DNA from: an uncultured candidate division Zixibacteria bacterium
GTDB lineage: Bacteria > Zixibacteria > MSB-5A5 > UBA10806
Assembly: GCA_963801605.1 (NCBI GenBank)
Contig: CAWDFP010000006.1
Coordinates: 800,001-864,000 of the forward strand
Direction: 5' to 3'
DNA: 64,000 bases
This document shows positions 59,963 through 64,000 of this stretch, one piece after another. How positions within the stretch are numbered: the first letter of the stretch is position 1; each line of letters begins with the position of its first letter. The position numbers were made by a program, and so were the translations under genes. Under the pieces are notes generated by a model, which did not search any database, was not told where the DNA came from, and was given only the letters and a program-made list of their open reading frames with translations.

Positions 59963-60131
59963 TGGCTCGCGGGTTCCGCGGCCCCGACAAGGTCGGGGCA
60001 CAGAAATCCGAAAGATAATTGTGACTCGTAAGGATGAGTTCTTTAATACGATATCCTGATGCATTACAATCAGTGAAATTGGATTTCTGATCTTTTGTTC
60101 CAGAGGAACAAAAGGCGGAACCCGCGAGCCA
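59963..60131. repeat. Structured inverted-repeat element (four-way junction); REPIN/MITE-like or ncRNA
   Basis: 17-bp perfect terminal IR TGGCTCGCGGGTTCCGC, two internal hairpins (8 and 10 bp) and a 9-bp inner IR CAGAAATCC. Confidence 0.8.
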
Positions 60132-60253
60132 TAGGGGCGATAGCAAAGATAATCAGCGCTAATATCACCGAAATTGGGATATTGATATTCTATTTGACTA
60201 TTTTAAAATTTCATGCGAAATTATCATCCAATAAATAGCATATTGGAGGCAAT

Positions 60254-61211
60254 ATGAAAACGTTTGTCATTCTTTTGATTTTGGCAGTTATGCCTTTTAG
60301 TTTGTTATGGGCTACCGTACCGGTAAACACCTTTTCTATAGTCGGATGTGATCCCGCTACGGGGGAGCTTGGTGTTGCCGTGGCCAGCAAATATTTCGCG
60401 GTGGGATCGATTGTCCCCTGGGCCAAGGCCGAGGTTGGCGCTATCGCTACTCAAGCTTGGGTCAACGCCGATTACGGGATTATAGGCTTGGAGCTTTTGG
60501 AAAAAGGTATGACACCCCAAGAGGTGGTTGATTCTCTGACCAAGGCCGATACTCTATCGTCGCGGCGGCAATTAGGCATAATTGATCTCAAGGGACACGC
60601 CTCAACTTATACCGGCAAAGATTGTATGAATTGGGCCGGCGGCATGGTCGGTAAAAATTGCGCAGCCCAGGGGAATATCCTGGTTTCAAGTAAAACCGTG
60701 TCCGATATGATAACGGCTTTTGAAAACACAGATGGCGAGTTGTCCGACAAGCTTTTAGCGGCCCTTTTAGCGGGCGACCTGGCCGGTGGCGATTCACGCG
60801 GCAAGCAATCGGCAGCGATTTATGTTGTCCAGAAAATGCCGGGCGAAAGGTATGATACCAAGATTGATATCAGAGTTGACGACAGCCCCGATCCGTTTGC
60901 GGAGATAGCGAGATTACATGGAATCGCAAAGGCTCTTTCCTATCTGGAGACGGCCGCGGCTCGGTATCGTCAGGGAGATCTTCCCGGGGCAGTTGAACAG
61001 GCAAGACTTTCAGTTAAGCTTGGTCCTAACATGCCCGAGACATATTATGATCTGGCTTGTTATCTATCTCTTTCGGGCCAACTCGATGAAGCGATGAAAA
61101 ATATTACCGACCGCTATTAAATTGGGGCCAAATTTTAAATCGATGGCTGCCAATGATTCCGACTTAAAAGCCTTAAGGGAAAGGACTGATTTCAAGGAAC
61201 TGGTAAAATAA
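60254..61211 (+). CDS. DUF1028 (Ntn-hydrolase-like) exported protein with C-terminal TPR (one extra base near 61109)
   Basis: TFSIVG.DP.TGELGVAVAS, GAIATQA, QGNIL, GGDSRGKQSAA, DIRVDD; corrected tail ...TAIKLGPNFKSMAANDSDLKALR. Confidence 0.88.
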
Positions 61212-61412
61212 ATCTAATTTGGACAAAATCGGCAAATTAACGTTAATAGAATGCTCGATATCGGCCCAACCTGTAGCCGGGTATTATTGGCGTAATGCTT
61301 TGTTACGTAATCTATTAGACAAAGATAGATTATTGATAATGAGAATTATATCACATTTTGCTTGACTGAAGGGCTACTTTCAATAAATTTGGACGGGTTA
61401 TAGCGCCTATAG

Positions 61413-61430
61413 TTGTGAATCTGTTCACAA
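61413..61430. promoter_or_regulatory. Rex operator (perfect consensus)
   Basis: TTGTGAA-TCTG-TTCACAA upstream of the multiheme cytochrome genes; weaker copy ATGAGAATTATATCACAT at 61339-61356. Confidence 0.75.
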
Positions 61431-61468
61431 TTTTGGGTGCCTCACAAATGTATGGGAAAATAAGCGAG

Positions 61469-63413
61469 ATGAAAAAAAACGAAAATTCGATTAATTCTGT
61501 ATTCCTCCTGATTTTCATGACACTCCTGCTTTTATGGGCGGCTCCTGGTCAGGCAGGGGCTCAACAATGTCTCGAATGTCATGGCGATAAAACTATGACC
61601 ACCAAAGATTCGCTAGGGCATGAAATATCTCTATTTGTCAGCGATTCCACATACAAGGCGTCGGCCCATGGCAGCTATGGAATGCACCGATTGTCATAAG
61701 GGCATAAGCGAAATCCCCCATCAGGAGAATTTACCCCAAGTCAATTGCGGCGATTGCCATAGCTCTGAGGTTGAAATTTACAAACAGCATGGCAGGCTTA
61801 TGGTGGGATCGGCGGGAATGGGAAAAGATATTCCGGCTTGCGTGGATTGCCATGGCAAGCATAATATCCTGCCACCCGATGATAGAGAATCCAGTGTTAA
61901 TCCTCTCAATCTTCCCAGCACCTGCGGCCGTTGTCATGAAGACGTCGACCTTGTTAAAAAACATCAGATTCCAATGGAAAAGCCGGTAGAGGTTTTCGAA
62001 AGCAGCGTCCATGGTAAAGCCTCGCTTGGCGGAGTATACCTGGCTGCCACCTGCAACGACTGTCACTCCTCAAACGGTACAGCGCATATCATTTTACCGC
62101 CCGGCGATTCCCGATCATCAATAAATCATTTTAATATTCCCAAGACCTGCGGACGATGCCATAAGAGCATCGAGCACGATTACTGGGATGGTATTCATGG
62201 CAAGCTCACCGCCCAGGGGGAGACCGATTCTCCTGTTTGCACCGACTGCCACGGCGAGCACGGCATTCTGGCGCCTGATGATCCGCGGTCACCGGTTAGC
62301 CCCGCGCGAGTCGCGGAGGCCACCTGCGCCCCTTGCCACGAGTCCGCCAGACTTAACGAAAAATATGGCGTTCCTACCGGACGATTACAGTCATGGGTGG
62401 ACAGCTATCATGGCTTAAAAAGCCGTGCCGGCGATCTAACGGTCGCCAATTGCGCATCCTGCCATGGTGCGCATCGTATTCTTCCTCACACCGACCCATC
62501 ATCATCGATATATTCCGCCAATCTGCAGAAAACTTGCGGCAACTGCCATCCGGGAATTACGGCTGCAATCGCCAGCACCCCGATTCATGGTACTCCGGGA
62601 GTGACCCGAACCAACATCGCCCGGATATTCCAAAACATCTACATCATCCTGATCATCGGGATCATTGGAACCATGATAATTCATTGGCTGATCGATCTAC
62701 GTAAGCAGATTAAAAATATCGGCAAGAAAAAACAAATCCAGCGCATGACTCCCGGCGAAGTGTGGCAGCATACATTCCTGATGATTACTTTTATAACACT
62801 GGTTTTCTCCGGATTTGCGCTGCGTTTTTCAGAGGCTTGGTGGGTTAAGGTTATATTTGGTCACGAAGGCGGATTCCCATTGAGAGGAATCGTTCATAGG
62901 GTAGCGGCTGTCCTTTTTATCTGCACCGCTATCTGGCACGCTATTTATTTGACAACAGCACGAGGGCGCAAGTTCCTCGTAGATATGTTGCCGGGCAAAC
63001 ATGATTTCACGCAGTTCAGAGATATGATCTTCTACAACCTCGGTTTTAAAAAAGATTCGCCCGCATTTGGCCGCTTCAGTTATGTCGAAAAAGCTGAATA
63101 CTGGGCGCTTGTCTGGGGTACCGCAGTAATGATTTTAACCGGCTTTTTCTTATGGTTCGAAAATTTCGCGGTCAAATGGTTTCCCAAAGGGTTTCTCGAT
63201 GTCATGCTCATTGTCCACTACTATGAAGCCTGGCTGGCAGCATTGGCGGTTCTTATCTGGCATATGTATTCAACAATTTTCAGCCCCACCGTTTATCCCA
63301 TGAATCCGTCGTGGTATACCGGCAAGATGCCCGAGGATATGTATCGTCATGAGCATGCGGCCGATCCGATCCTGCTTCAAGCGAAACAAGAAGAAAAGCC
63401 TAACAACGATTAA
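61469..63413 (+). CDS. Multiheme c-type (11 CxxCH) plus cytochrome b membrane domain protein, CbcL-like (one extra base near 61673)
   Basis: CLECH before the shift, ten CxxCH after it, then TM helices with WQH, VHR, EKAEYWA and VHYYEA; frames join as SAHG-AMECTDCH. Confidence 0.88.
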
Positions 63414-63437
63414 CGAAAATTCGGACTAAGGAAATTT

Positions 63438-64000
63438 GTGAAAAAAGCCGTCCTAACGATTATCCTGGTTTTCGTTGCAACTTTGGTACGTGCTCAATCG
63501 GTGGATGATTGCCTGGCCTGCCATGAGGATAAATCGCTTTCCGCGGAACGCGCTGGTCATAAAGTATCCCTATATATCGAAAAAAAGGTTTTTTCCAAAT
63601 CAGTGCATGGCGAGCTCGACTGTATCGCCTGCCATGAGGATCTTGCAGGCTCCGAATTTCCGCATAAGGAAAATCTCGCTCCGGTTAAATGCGGAAACTG
63701 TCATGATGACGTAGCCAAACAATATGATGCCAGTCTGCATGGCAAAGCTGTGGCGCAGGGAGCCAAGCTTGCCCCGCGTTGTTGGGATTGCCATGGCGCC
63801 CACGATATCCTGCCGGTTAACGATCCCAATTCTAAAGTTACCAAATTCAATATTCCTTTTGTTTGCGGACGATGCCACAAAGAGGGAACCGAAGTTACCC
63901 GAACTTACGATATTCCTCAGGATAGCATTTTAAGCCATTACTCTTTCAGCGTTCATGGAGAGGGCCTTTTCCAGAAAGGCTTAACTGTAACGGCGGTATG
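63438..64000 (+). CDS. Second multiheme cytochrome c, paralog of the preceding gene; truncated by the window end
   Basis: Not in the ORF track; translated by hand. GTG start, signal peptide MKKAVLTIILVFVATLVRA, then CLACH, CIACH, CGNCH, CWDCH, CGRCH, open to the edge. Confidence 0.88.
   Translation, partial: MKKAVLTIILVFVATLVRAQSVDDCLACHEDKSLSAERAGHKVSLYIEKKVFSKSVHGELDCIACHEDLAGSEFPHKENLAPVKCGNCHDDVAKQYDASLHGKAVAQGAKLAPRCWDCHGAHDILPVNDPNSKVTKFNIPFVCGRCHKEGTEVTRTYDIPQDSILSHYSFSVHGEGLFQKGLTVTAV

Noticed and set aside
60056..60078. Hammerhead ribozyme core inside the structured element
   Set aside because: CTGATGC rather than CTGANGA, weak stem II and no convincing stems I/III.
59963..60131. 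6S RNA or SRP RNA identity
   Set aside because: Size is similar to 6S, but the four-way junction with perfect side hairpins lacks the central bubble, and SRP motifs are absent.
61415..61468. GTG start at 61415 for the cytochrome
   Set aside because: It lies inside the Rex palindrome; ATG 61469 gives a more typical signal peptide.

Overview
Bacterial chromosomal window of housekeeping, signalling and anaerobic-respiration genes. I found no transposase, integrase, phage gene or CRISPR array. Two secreted proteins share a Cys-rich dockerin-like C-terminal tag, one of them a C25 gingipain-like protein, which suggests candidate phylum Zixibacteria or a relative (inference only). Main contents: a 2434-aa hybrid kinase with 14 PAS domains; a complete phoB-phoR-porin-pstSCAB-phoU cluster; a TonB receptor/YfiR-like/hybrid kinase cassette; an NhaR-like LysR opposite a P-type ATPase operon; typA; a DEAD-box helicase; tRNA-fMet; yigZ/dprA; an AmmeMemoRadiSam B-A fusion; a GAFTGA-less NtrC-like regulator; and three multiheme cytochromes. 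The best candidate for an undescribed system is 43431-47451: an ECF sigma / zinc anti-sigma / DUF2892 / protein-disulfide oxidoreductase operon ending in a 60-codon FmdB zinc-ribbon gene absent from the ORF track. That gene finishes with TGA-GGT-TAA followed by an fdhF-like SECIS hairpin (probable C-terminal Sec-Gly selenoprotein). The operon is divergent from an octaheme cytochrome, and both directions carry the same TGAATCA-N15-TATCTAAT motif flanking a Rex-like box. Also notable is a 169-bp four-way-junction inverted-repeat element at 59963-60131. Nine genes are each broken by a single extra base, most likely read or assembly errors.
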